Below, piece after piece: positions 35,118 through 52,000 of a stretch of 64,000 nt of DNA. A model generated the notes under the pieces. It did no database searches. It saw only the letters and a list, made by a program, of their open reading frames with translations, and was not told the origin of the DNA. The stretch is from Tubiluchus corallicola (Eukaryota > Animalia > Priapulida). A program made the translations under genes and the position numbers. Every line of letters begins with the position of its first letter. The stretch's first letter is position 1. The stretch lies in contig JAQGDQ010000021.1 in assembly GCA_030141605.1 (NCBI GenBank), forward strand, positions 62,001 through 126,000, read 5' to 3'.

Positions 35118-37294
35118 ACGTCGGTCAATTTTTCAATTGCCGTTCAAGTCCTCCTAGGCTTTGAATTAAATTCAATTTTTTTTCTTGAATATTTAGTTAT
35201 TGTGAAGTAGATGTACACATAGAATTTATTAAAAGCTGGGATTTTTTAAGGGCCCGAGTTAGCAGCCAAAATTCATAACAGTGATTAATTCTAAACTAAC
35301 CATTGTCACGACACTTGCTGGGTAGACACCATGAGTAGGGTCTCAGACGTAGAAAAAAATAAATAAAAATAAAAAACTGGGAATATTTTTCGAAAATGTG
35401 AAAATTAAGGCAAACAGCTTTGTTACTCGAGTCGTCACAAAGCGACAACATTAAATAACTCCAAAACTGTAACACGCAGAATCACGAAATTTAAAATTGG
35501 TCACGAGCATCTTGCACACTGATTAGTGGCGCTTAAGTGTAATAATCTATAAGTATTGAGACGAGTTAAACGCACTTCACCAGGTATAGCCAGGTGTAAA
35601 CACGGATACGACGTCACGCTCGCGGATTTAGATCTGAATTCATTCAGTTTTGTTAAAGATAGAGACGTCTTGATTTTAATAGCATCTAACCTAATTAAAT
35701 AAGCGACTCATTCCCTTCTTTTAGTCAATCGTAGAATGTGTAATACACACAATTTCAAAAGAAGAGTTCTGTATATTAATCAGGTAGCATTTCAAATCAA
35801 AAGGGTTTCAGTCTCAGTCTTGTCATCCTGTCTAAAACAGGATAAGCAAAAACTTGGTAGAATTCGGTGGAAAAATTGGCCTCATATCATCCACAGAAGT
35901 TAGCTGCGAAAAACTATAATTATATATCACTTCAAAACAAAAAGAGACGTATGTAATTATTGTTACTATATGTCACAAATCTGCTGACTCATCTGATGAT
36001 ATTGAGCTGATTAAGGAATATATATATAGATAATATAAATATTTTAATTTTGCTTTTATAGAGTTACTACAAACTTGCTGTGTGCAATTCTGTAATAAAG
36101 ATCATAAAATATTTCTACTGCTTCGTACGTCTTTGCACTTTTACGAAACTAATCCACCGATCACGTTGATTGTGTATGTTACCACATGATCAGCGTTCAA
36201 GTTGTTATGCTATGAAATATTTAAAAATTCAAGGGGAGGTGGGTTTTAACAGCAGGAGCTGATATCAAAAACTGTAGAATGTATGTCAGGAGGTGTGTAA
36301 AACGTAGATAGCTGTGCAAAACATTTGAAACCTCGTATGATAGTGTACATAGAATAAATACAGATCAACACTCTCCAGTAAGTCTGGGACCCAGCACTTA
36401 GCGGTAGGATTGGCATAAAGTTCAATATAAAAGTTGTAATTATAATTAAAAGAATTATAATTCTTCAAGTTAAGATGCTCAACAGGTAGAGCTGTTTCAG
36501 CTATGTTTGAATGCGTGTAAATCGTCCCTCAACCAGCAGATGAAATCTCTCCTGCTCAATAAGCACATACAATAACCACTAGACACTCAACCATTCCAAA
36601 TGCATCAGTGCCTAATTACGGTACCATAACACTATGAACACACGACTGGAATGGAACACATAATTTCCTTACATGTATAGATAAAATTTTGATCGCGCTT
36701 TCTCTAATTATGCAGTTGGTAGCACATCAGTTACAATGTACCGCATGTAACGTAAACGTACACGCATGTGTATGTGCGTGCGTGATACATATGTGATTGC
36801 TTATACTACAGCGTTTTACGTAACAGCTGGCACCCTGTTAAAAATTTAGAAAGAAGACACGTAAATAACATACCCAAAATGCTTTTCAGTTAATTCAGCT
36901 AAAATATCGGATCACAACAGAATAGAACGCAATTACAGCATTAAAACCGCATTGTTTACGTTTGAACCTATGTGCACCGTTTGATGAAATGAATTATTTA
37001 GCAAAATGGGAAAATTCTCTGCGTAGTCAAAGGCTTCCTTTGCAGTGAGAGATTCTGCGAATGTCGTTCCTGCGTTGCCATGAAAAATATTGTAAACACA
37101 TTTGCGGAATCGCGATTCTAATTTACTGAGCCAAGTAGGAAAGGGTAGGAAGCTAAAGTACCTCTTTTATGTACTCTATTTCCTCATTCTGCCTGTCTAA
37201 CCATTTCCACTTTTCCCTTTTCCACTCTCGCTTCCTTCGCTTTTTTCCCATCTCTGCCGTTGCTCCTCTTTCGCTTCTTCTCCTTGTCTCTGTC

Positions 37295-37298
<4 letters not shown>

Positions 37299-37370
<72 letters not shown>
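37299..37370. repeat. (CT)n microsatellite within a pyrimidine-rich tract
   Basis: Perfect dinucleotide run. Confidence 0.99.
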
Positions 37371-37372
<2 letters not shown>

Positions 37373-38565
37373 TTTTTTTTTCTCTCTCCTCTTTCAGTCT
37401 GCTTCCGTTTCCCTTTCTTTGTCTATTTTTTCTTAACGCCTCTTTCTAATCCTTCTACCCACTCACATTTTTTGTATAAAAAAAATATTTACCTTTTTCA
37501 TCATGACTGTGTTCAAAAAATTCCGTAAGTGTATAAAGCTCTCAACAGTACATAATAATACGCTTTATGGCAAATAATTTAGTGTAAATTACGTCTACTT
37601 TTCTCTACAAAATGAGGGGGTTGGGCTGATTATTGTGCAAAATCTATTGTCATACAAAAAGCCATCATTTGTATTCTTATGACATTTTGAGCCTTTTCGA
37701 ATTGTTTAAGCTGATTTCCTAATTGTTTTCCCCCAAAAGTCCAAATATTTTTCATTAGTCAGAAGATATTGTAACGTCTCTCTACCCTTGTATAATGAGT
37801 ACTTCTGTGTAATGTCAAAGAGGGTACAAAGGCTATGGTCTATGGTTCCGCACTGTGTGCATAGTGATGTGGCAAACAGTTTAGTATAATGCGCATTATT
37901 TATACAAATATTCATTTGCTCAGCAATTTTCATGCATGATATGGTGACTTGAATCCAAAACTATTAATTTTTCAAGTTATATTTGACCGAGAAAAGAAAG
38001 AGCGAAAAGAACTGATCAGAATAGCATACAGGAACCAAGTCTATAACCAGCAACACAGATTTCGGCTCTCTTAATTTTGTTCTCACTGTCAAAACAGTTA
38101 ATTACAACCGTCGGTGACTTGGTTAGCCTTCTACGCGTTAATCAATTTTGCAGTCTGATTGCAGTGCGAAAATATTTTCAGTAGATATTTCACAGAAAAC
38201 AAAAATATTTTCAGTCGTTTTTATGCTAAACTGAACAATTGGATTTAAAGATAAACTAGCTTGTGCTAGTTCAATAGCAATGTTAACAGATGGAGTCACC
38301 AACGCGTAAACACCATACAGTGTTAATAGAGGTCTATTATGCACAATGTACGTCGCCACACCTATCCACCAGTAAGGTGAAACATTATAAGCTGGTGCCC
38401 CTTTAAAAGAGCGAAGTCACCTGTTTGTAAAAACCATTAAATGTTGCCATGACCGGTAGATGGTGCCAGCATGTCAAAGAGCGTTTAGTTTAAACAACTT
38501 ATGTGACCGTGTGTTTGCCTGTACTTTGCTTCCTTACCTGTAATACCTGTCAACGACTCACAAAT

Positions 38566-38573
38566 TGACGTCA
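38566..38573. promoter_or_regulatory. Perfect palindromic CRE (TGACGTCA) about 150 bp upstream of the LC3C ATG
   Basis: Exact 8-mer in a CpG-richer proximal promoter region. Confidence 0.55.
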
Positions 38574-38722
38574 TTTTACAAGGATTAACGGTTTGAGTAG
38601 TGTCTTGTTTATGACTGCGCGTGTGTAACAAGGTATAGCGGATTTATGAGCAGTTCCCGGAAAGTGTTTGGAAAACGTGTGACGAGTTTTTTTATTTTCG
38701 TGAAGTTATAATTCCGGCCAAT

Positions 38723-42145
<3,423 letters not shown>

Positions 42146-42647
42146 TCGGCCGCCACCACTATAATGTGATGTAATTCGGATATAATTGTTGTGTTGAATA
42201 GTTAAGGTGCATTGTTGGCAGCCCACACAGTAACACTGAATGTTGCAACTCTGACTGATAAAATAATTTGAGCAAATCTCTGTAGTTTGTACATAAAGTG
42301 TTAGATGTTTATTACACATAAAAAACTAACATTAGTAGAGTAAGTTGTCATACGAGCATTTTGCTTATGGGGTAAATTCTTGTTTAATAATTATTTAAAT
42401 ATAAAATGTAGTTTTAGAAACCACAATATAATTCGGTATTAATGACTTATCAGTCAAATGGTGCTTTTGTTCAGTGTTTGAAATAACTTATAAAACATGT
42501 TTTCTAATGTTATTGTGCATATTTTTCTGTTCAAGTTCTATACATGTTTTGTAAATAATTGAATGAAGCCCTGTATTGCAATGCTATAGTAGTTATTCAC
42601 GTGAGTAGTCATTTTCTTATTAATGAGTGATATCGGGAATTTACCTG

Positions 42648-42653
42648 AATAAA
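42648..42653 (+). terminator. Likely polyadenylation signal (AATAAA) of LC3C
   Basis: Canonical AATAAA about 500 nt after the stop codon, with a T/G-rich tract downstream. Confidence 0.5.
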
Positions 42654-43072
42654 AAATATTTGACCAAAACCAAAACAGTTTGAACGTTAATGTTTCTGTG
42701 TCAGAATGAAAAAACTTGGAAAATAAATTTTCAAACTTTTATTTTCTTCACATGTGCCTGAATGCTATGCAGCAAGAACTAGCAATTTTAACTTTAGTTC
42801 ATTTATTACAAAAACATAAATATCATTAAATATTTTATATCTGATGAGCAAAAAAATCAGCATGGATTAAACATTATTACACAAATGTAATAAAATTATC
42901 AACTCATTACCATAAAACAAGCCAGGAGTCCTGCACGCATAAACTAATACAGCTGTTGCAGTAAAATTAATACATAATTCCGCATTCTTACGGCTTCCAT
43001 CAATGTGACACCTTGCAGTTTCAGAGCTGTGTGCAATGTGTAGAAGACAAGCATATGTGCATATGGGTACAA

Positions 43073-46000
43073 TCAAATATCTTCACCACTGTCCAGAGCA
43101 GTAATCTGCAGACCGGATGTTAAAGACGACTGCTGCATTGCTAACGAGCTTGATTTTGAACCTGCAGTAACACAAGAACACAGCTATACAAAATAAATAT
43201 CAGGCACACCCGGATTAGTAAAATTTAATTACATATGCGTCTATAAAAAAATTAAAAACAAATAACCACGAAGTGCCTTACAAATTAAGTGTGAAACCTG
43301 GGTGAAATGTATCAATAACCTGTAGCTTCCATGCTTAAATCTAGTATTCATATGTTTTCAGTTATCAATGCTATGTTGCCAATGAATATATTGAACAGTT
43401 GCTATTAAACTGTGTAATTTAACATTTCTCAATGCAGAGCACATGAAATGTAAGTTCCATATTTTATAAAAGATTCAGTCATTTTACTGATATTAGGTTT
43501 TAAAAAATAGCTCCACTGGTTCTACGACCAAGTGTCAGGGGTGAGGAGTCTCAATTAGAAAGTGAATTTGAATCAAATGGCTAACCCCATGGGTTTCTAG
43601 AAATTTGTATAGCTAATAACAATTATTGGTATGTAGGTTTAGTTTAATTAAATTAATCAATGACAAAAGATTTTAAGCCAACTATCCTTAAAGCCAACTT
43701 TCAGTAAGAACAATTCTTGCTGTTATGTATCAATATAACGGGGCCATGTTTTCGCTTCCACAAGCTATCATATTGTAAGAACTAACTGGTGTAAGATCCA
43801 TCGTTATATATATATTCAGTGAATCATAACAATGAAAGTCATCTTGTAGATTAAGCACATTAATTAACACACGCGTAACAAGTAAACACAAACACTCAAG
43901 TATTAAACAGCAAGTATGATTTTAGAAATAACATTTCGAAATTAATGATTCTGAATGGTGCAGGTTTGTCCTCGTAGGAAAAACAAACAAATAACCTTAA
44001 AATATTCTTGACACAGCTTATTACCAGAACTTGGTAATAAGTATAGTTACTTTCAACTGAAGACATGACAAACCTTCACTCTGCAACTCATCAGTATCAT
44101 CATCTTCTTCTTTTTTATCTAAAGGAGTTATTCTGATGTGAAGTGGCGTCCTTGGCTGTAATTTTCTAGGACTTAGAACTGGAACGTTTGGTATCGAATC
44201 TGACAAAAAAATCGAATTGAACTTAAGGGCACAATGGTTAAGTCAGTGAACATGAAACTTTATGAGGTTTACAACTCGAAAACTATAGGGAGTTAGGCAA
44301 CCAGGCTTGGTTTAGATTTGAGATTAAGTGGAATGGAGTTGACCCTCGAATAGAGATCGATGTTTTAAGTCGAATGGAGTAGACATTAATATTCGAGTGG
44401 AGTGGACAGTGACCTTCAGTAGATTGGTTAAGGTCAGAAGCCATTTACAACTCAAAAAACTACAAAAGACGTTTAAAACTCAAAAACCGACGACCAGATC
44501 TTGTCATTAGTAGTGACAATTGATGATTAGTAGTGACTAGATGAAGTGAGGCCCTCCACTAGTTTAAAATTCCATAATTAAGAGTTCCTCCTCTGGAGGA
44601 TGTAAGACACTTTTATTAAATAATGTACTAATTAAAAAAATTATATGAACGACAAATTTTAAAACTATGAAAACTTTTGGAATAACTGAACTTTGTAAAC
44701 ATTTTGTTGAATTACAAGGAATTTTTAAAAAATGAAATCGTAACTTTAACCTTAAAAGTTTAACTAAAAAGACCTCAATAATCTTCATTGCCGCTTATCT
44801 GAGAGGTGTCAATAAAATAATCATGACTAGCTGACAGAGAGTATGCGACTCTTTTAGACCCTCACTTTATATTCATTTAACAGTCAATTACAAAATTAAG
44901 CTACAAATGCAAGTAAGAGCAGTTTTTTAGTACCTCTAGTATTTTAAAAATTTATCAGGACTTGATAATACAGACCCACAATTAATTAAATTTTGATACC
45001 AAACGCGAAACACAGAAAAAGCAAAAAAGCTGGAAAATGGCCTGAATTTGAATCAGAGACCTAAAAAATTGATCAAAAACAAAAAATCATCTAAACATTA
45101 GTTAGAATCACTCTAGTATGAGCGATCTAACATTGACCTGCTGAATTCCATTGGCTGACAATAGAGGATGGACTTGACTAGTGGGGAATATGGTGGCCTA
45201 CTGGTTTAAGGCATGTACTTTGTATGCAGAAGGTCGATCCTAAAACAAATTCTGTAAAGGTGCAAAAAATTAATTTCAAAAACATACTCATTGGCCTGCA
45301 GACCTAGGCTTCACCCAGCCTTGTCAACCTACCTAGCCTATAAGTAAATCTGGCCTGAAAAAACACTTCAAAAACCTTAAAGAGAGACAGAATATTTAAT
45401 ACTTGATTTGTTAATGTTGTTCTCTTGGCAAGCAGCAGTGAGTTTAGCAACTGGATCTTCAGTTTTTTCTGTATGAGTTGCAATTGCAGATGCCTTCACT
45501 TCACCAGGAGAAACAAGTGTATTTTTATCACGAGAATCCACACAAAGTGATGTATTATGAACCTAGAAACGTTTACAGCATCAATGAGCCACTTGCAGGA
45601 CAAAAATAAAACACATACCTAGTGGTAAAACTGATTCTCAATTTGATTTGAATTGTAATGCAATAATAAGCATGGTATAAAAGCTGTTGAAATTCTAAAT
45701 TTCTAGCATTCGAATCAAATATGAAGCCAGTGTGTGGGTAATATTTTTAACAATGTTCAGTAGCACAAAAGACACGCAAACAATGAAAGACTTTGTTGGT
45801 ACGAGAATGACAGACTTAGGTAAACTATACTCGGTTTAAAAATTTAGAGCAAAAAAGTGATATTCTTCTTAGACAATTACAGTGCTGGAGAAGCAATACT
45901 GCAATATTACCTGCACTGAGCTGTCATGTAAAACTTCTCCTTCACTTTCATCGGTAGCATTTAGGGGTGCTTGCATGATGCTGTTTACAATTCTATTAAA

Positions 46001-49000
46001 TGAAGCATCTGCCAGTCTATCCTTGATCTCACCTTCACTGAGCTAATAAGACAATAAAACAAAAATTACAGCCTGTTTATACACCGATCAACTTATTAGA
46101 TTTCAAGTCAAATTACGACTTCCAATTAGTTCAATAATAATTTCTTAGCTAGCTAGAATGGGTACTCAGCCGTGGAAGCAATCACTTAGTTTCAGTCCAC
46201 AAGAAAGCCATTTCAAAAACAAAGTGCATTTTATATGAAGCTGCAAAAGTCAGCACAGAGCTTGCATGTGTATGTAGCAAATAGATAAATATTTAACCAC
46301 AGAAGAAGAGGGATGTTCAAAGTGGTTTCCCAGAAAATACCAAGCTTGAAATTATACTAATATAATTACGAAAATTACGAGGTCTGTGTATGTGTGTTGG
46401 TTCTACTGTGTCCTGGCTAATCCACAATTTTTCATTGCCTTCTACTTCAATTAATTAGCCTTTAGGTTACCCTTTGTAAGCATGATATCTTTTAATGCAT
46501 ATGAGTTTTGGCATATTGAGTCTTGTCGGGGATGTTTAATACTATCAAATATATTCATAGGCCAAAAACAGATACCATTAATGGATCTACCATTAAATAA
46601 GCCAACTGCGAAACCAGTTTCTCCAAAATAAACCACAGCCAGGTTTACAGGTGAATTGGTAGATAGGTAGCTTGATGTGCGGATCTTACTAAACCAGTTT
46701 TACTTGGAAAAACTCATTCTTTTGTCTGCAAACTGCCTCTGCATTTCTAAAATGAATGCATGCATGGGTTTGAATTGACTGGCAAAGCTATATAATGCAT
46801 ATTTATTTCTCACTTTGAGGTAGGAAACAAAAATAAAAAAAACTAAAATCCTCTTCAAGTTGCATTACCTTGGAGAACTGAAGAGGCTCATTATATAGCA
46901 ACTAAAATGCAACTGCTTCAACACCTCAGTAATATTATGAGCAATAATATTATTTCTAATCCAATTAATGAGCAATTTTAAAGTGTAGTGGTAAACTTTT
47001 ATTATAAACAATTCGTGTAGAACATTCAACAAGAGAAATGGGACTTACAGCAACATTTTGTCCGCAACATTATAGGACTGACACGTAACAGGACTGACCT
47101 TTTAGGTCCTATTCCTTGAATGAGTCCAAAAATTATATTAGTGAGCGAAACGAGCAGATGAAATAAAAAATTCACTCACTGTTTCTTCCCCTATTCCAGG
47201 CATTTCTCTCAGCGTACTATTAAGGCTTAATGGAGCTGAAGCCAACTTGTGTCGGTGGCCAAATTCAGATGATAATCTTTTTGCAATGACTTCACCCTCG
47301 GAAAGACTGTAACCTACAGTGCTAGAAACTCCCTATAAAAGATGCAAGAGCATTAGAGCATTATGCTAAATTAACTCATTACTATAAAACCAAGTCTGTA
47401 TAAAAGAATAATATATGGAAGAAGTCATATTGTATAATACTATCATGTACCACAACAAAACAAGTTAACCGTATGCAGTGTGCAGATTTTTTTTACTTAA
47501 AATATATATCGACTTTAATGTGAATGGTACTGCGTATAGCACACATAATTTATAATTTAATATGTAGCAAAAAGTTGTATATTTTTAAATGTGCATTTTT
47601 AATAACATGTTAAAAACTTCTAGCATTCATTAGCTCATGAATCTTGTTGAATCATGGCCTATCAAATTTTAAAGATTAAAAATAAAAAATTATTACAAGG
47701 CAATTCATATTCATATCATTTGTCAATACACCCATTTTTACAAAGCACTCGATTTTATCAAAAGGAAAATCCTCATTCTTCAGTTATGTAAATAACATGT
47801 GACACCACCAAGTCATAAAAAAACGAAACTATTATAACAGTCCACTTTAAATTAGAAGTGAGATATTCTTTCAAAGAACATTTATTGCACCAGGTAATTT
47901 AAAACACAGGCATCATAAAACTGCAACAGTTAGTATAAAATAGTTTGATGATCAAAAAATTAATTAAATAAATAAACCTGCACCATAAACTGATGGACTG
48001 ACTAAAGTTTGTTTTCCCAAAACAAAACAAAATTATTAACTGCATTAACACACGTGCACACTTATCCATTAGCTATGTTCACAGCTATCTGTATACAGTA
48101 TTCACACATATCTCTTAACAAATAATAAACAGTCTTAACCTGAGTAGAACTTGTTGTTGTGGTCGATGATGACTGTTCATCTGAACAGATTTCTGGTTCA
48201 GGAGATGGTTGTTGAGGCGGCTCAGGAGACCGAGGTCGAGGAGCTGGAGAAGCGACATCTAGAGGTGTTTCAGATGGTACGTCAATTGGCACAGATGAAG
48301 TACTAAAAGAAATTTTGAATTGCAGCACATGAAAATATAAAGTTCTTTGCTTAGATATTAACAGATTAACATTTTTACTTAGGTATTTGTAACAACATTT
48401 CTTTTACCTTATAACAAAGTAAAAAATTTCACAGAAAACACTAGAAGTTGATTTCTGAGTTTTTTTAGGTAGTGCTACATTTTAAACAAGCAATAGTACA
48501 GTGGTGCTGAGAACTTTATTACTTTAGCACCACTAGCCAAAATATAAACATACAGGTATATTCACACTACGTTGCTCAGATATTTTCATACTTTATGAAA
48601 ATGCATAGTAATTAGACAGATATCTTGTTATTAAATAAATAGAGTCTGAAAAAGAAAATCTATGCTCACTCTTTGGAATCTTCTGACATTTCCGAAGGCT
48701 GTGTCCTTTTGCTCATTTCAGCATCTGGTTCTGAGGGCACAGGCGTTACAGGTACATGTTGAGAAAGATCAGGCGTTTGCTGAGGTGTGGGCACAGGCAT
48801 GCCGAGGGAACTACTCACAGATGAGTAACTCAATTCTGAAATAAACAATGATTAATCACAAATAAAAGAAGGTTTGCATAAAAAATGAATTTATTTGTTA
48901 AATTTTGTATGATTTGATTGTATGCAGTAGGCAGCTGCAGTACTGCTAATGCTAAAGCATTACCTTCATTTTGTATGGTTTTTTCTGCTGTTGTTTCTTC

Positions 49001-52000
49001 ACGCACGAGAGTACGAGGTGTTGGTGCAGGTGTCGACATCACTGTCTCATTTTCCTACCAAATTATTCCAAAGTATTTAGAAAAAATAAATAAAAAACAC
49101 AATGAAAACCTTTTATATGGGATACCTCATGCTAGCCATTATAGAATAACAGAAACTGATTTTGGTATAAACAAGTCATTAATTCACAAAAGTGAACAAG
49201 ACTAACATTTCACAAGTGACTGAATGAACAGTCACCATAAGACAGTATTTAAAAATGCAGAACTAATTGATAATGCTTGGTTAATATTAGATCAATTCCA
49301 ATAATTGAAATGAGCCATTTCCTACATGGCTTAGCACATTTCAAGCCAGCTTGCACTTAATAGCAGGGTCTACTTATAATGGTGATGGTTGGGACAGAAC
49401 TGAAACTCTATCACTATCAAGAATAATCCTTTAAAATGATATACTGGCCAAGTGGTGGTATGTTATTCACATTTTTTTGTAAGTGAAATACCCAAAAGCG
49501 GTATAACAGACAAAAACCAACTAAAACAATTTCTCCAGCAGTCACTCACATTTGATGGAAACAAAATAAATAAATAAATGCAGCACTTAGGAGATTCTGG
49601 AAAAGATATTCCATTCCACAAAATCGTTTTTCTGAACTGTGAAATGTCTCGTTACTCGAACAATGTCTTTAAAAGAAGCCGACTACGTTTCTCAGACTAT
49701 TACTTACTCAACACCTATAAATATGTCTGCTCTTTAATTACCTCTACAGCAGAAACTTCGTCTTTCTTAGCAACTGGCGACACAACTTTGTCTTTTTTGG
49801 GAAGTGCCTTTTGACTTGCGGTTTCGTTGAGAATTGACTGTATCTGCTCTAATAGAGCTTCCTTCACAAGACGTTGCAATAAAAGATCTTCATCTAAACG
49901 CAAGGAGAAAATGCAAAAGTATTTGCGGCCGGTTACAATAGCCCCAAAAATCTCAAAAAAATTGGATGTGAATTATCGATTGATCATTTTGAGCTCTGAC
50001 TAACAGACAAATGTACAATAGTTTCTAGAACATCAAGATCTCACATATATCACTGAATACAGCACATTAAATTGCATTTTGCAAAAATTATAAAAAGAAA
50101 ATCATTTCCGATTCTACACCCGTTTTCAGTTATCACATCACATTTATCTCAAAAATGCATTTATTTTCCATTGCCTAGTTCACAGAGTCTTCTGTTATTT
50201 ACAAAAATAAAAATATTATAATAGTTTATAAACTGAGATAGCATACTGTATTTATCCGATGACGCAGAAGATTTGAACAATCCTGCAGCATGTGCTTCAC
50301 TAATGACCCGTGCCATGACTTCATTTTCTGCCCTGTGCATACGTAATTATTAAGATTATTGCAGAAAGTGAAGAGTAATGTCAACGTGGCTTTATTTAAC
50401 TGAACGTTTTCTGCAACATCTACAAATACTGATGAAATAGCAGTCCTCTGCCAACACTGAAAACTAAATTGGAAACCTATTTTTGAAATTTTGCATTTCA
50501 TTAAGCATTACACCGTGTTGTCAGAAACTGCTTGAAAATGACTTGTAACCTTATGTTAATCGTATAGAGATTGCATTAGTCAATAAAGCAAATAGTTACT
50601 TCTCCATGCTTAGCAAAAATTAACCTGTTTTAATACAACTAGCAAAACCTAAAGATTGCTTGATGTATCTTTTACAAGAGTCAAGTATTACTGATTTTAA
50701 AATTTGATGCGATGGAACAGATCCCACGCATTAATATTATTTTTAAGGGAAATGTTCCTAGAGTTAACAGCTGATTGTGTAATATGTGTGATCTCCAAAA
50801 TATGACGACTTTCTGTTGTTACAAAACTAAAATAAATTGGTTACCACTCTATTGCTTTATTTCTCACAGCTTCTCTAGTTTTGATTTCATCAGCTAGCAC
50901 ATTGGAAGACGGTGTGGGTTCTGGCTGTTTTTGGGACTGAGATGCAAGTGTGGCAGGAGGGCGTTGACTAGATGGTCGCTGGTATCCTGGGAGAGAAAGC
51001 CCCTTGCCTGTTTGGACATCACCTTTACTTGAAACCTGAATGCACAGTAAGAAAAATGAGTAGTTTGCGAATAAGGTTTGGATGTAAAAACTAAAAAAAT
51101 ACATTGCACACTGTTAGCATTAAAACTAACACAGCAAATTGTTTGCAAGGGAGCCTAGTACCAAAGTTACCGTAATAAAATAAAATAATGGTAATGGTGA
51201 AGTGAAAAATGGTTACAGTGAATCCTGACATTAGCGAATTTTTTGACACAAAATATGTATCCCAAAGTATAACAGCAATAATTTAAACAAGTAAATAAAA
51301 TAATTAAACGATCCAAAAATCACAAAATACTACCTTGCCAGAATACAAGCTGTGTGACTTACAATTCAAGAATGATTTGAGGACAGTTAATAGGGCAAAT
51401 AGATCTGAGGTTGGTAATATAAATTTTTTAGCACAATTGTTACAAATTAGACAAAAGGAAATGAAGCTCACATCGTCAGCTGCAACAGTAATTAACCCAT
51501 AGTTCACTTGCTTTCGTGGTGGTAAAACTTTCGATGCAGGAACCTCTAGACTTGGTAATGCCTATATTGAAAATCAAACTAATCAGCTTTTATCAAATTA
51601 ACAATGCTACACAAATGCACTAGGAAACAATATACTACAACACTGCACACAAAAGTATTCGTGTAAAATAGTTTACTTTTCTGTATAATTGAATACGTAG
51701 ATAGTCACCTGAACACTTAGCTTAGGCAAACGGTTCACTGTCACCACGCCAACATTACTTCTTTTCTTTTTCGATGGCGAGGTAGCATGTCTTTTCTGGC
51801 TGTTCAAAGAACTCCTTTCAGAATGTTCCGACGACTGTTGCGAGGGTGGAGGTGTGCGGGATATGCTAAGAGGAAATGCAGACTGAATTGTATCACTGGA
51901 GATGGGATTGGCAACAGGCGTATACACAAAATAATCGTGGGGTTTAACAGCAGGTGCCTTGCAAAATTCCAATGAAGAATCAATATTTTCTGGCAAAGTT

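Noticed and set aside
35246-35600. TTAA-GG start suggesting a Kolobok-type element end
   Set aside because: No matching inverted terminus found in the window, so boundaries and family cannot be supported.
37169-37528. 119-aa hydrophobic ORF
   Set aside because: Pyrimidine tract plus (CT)n microsatellite.
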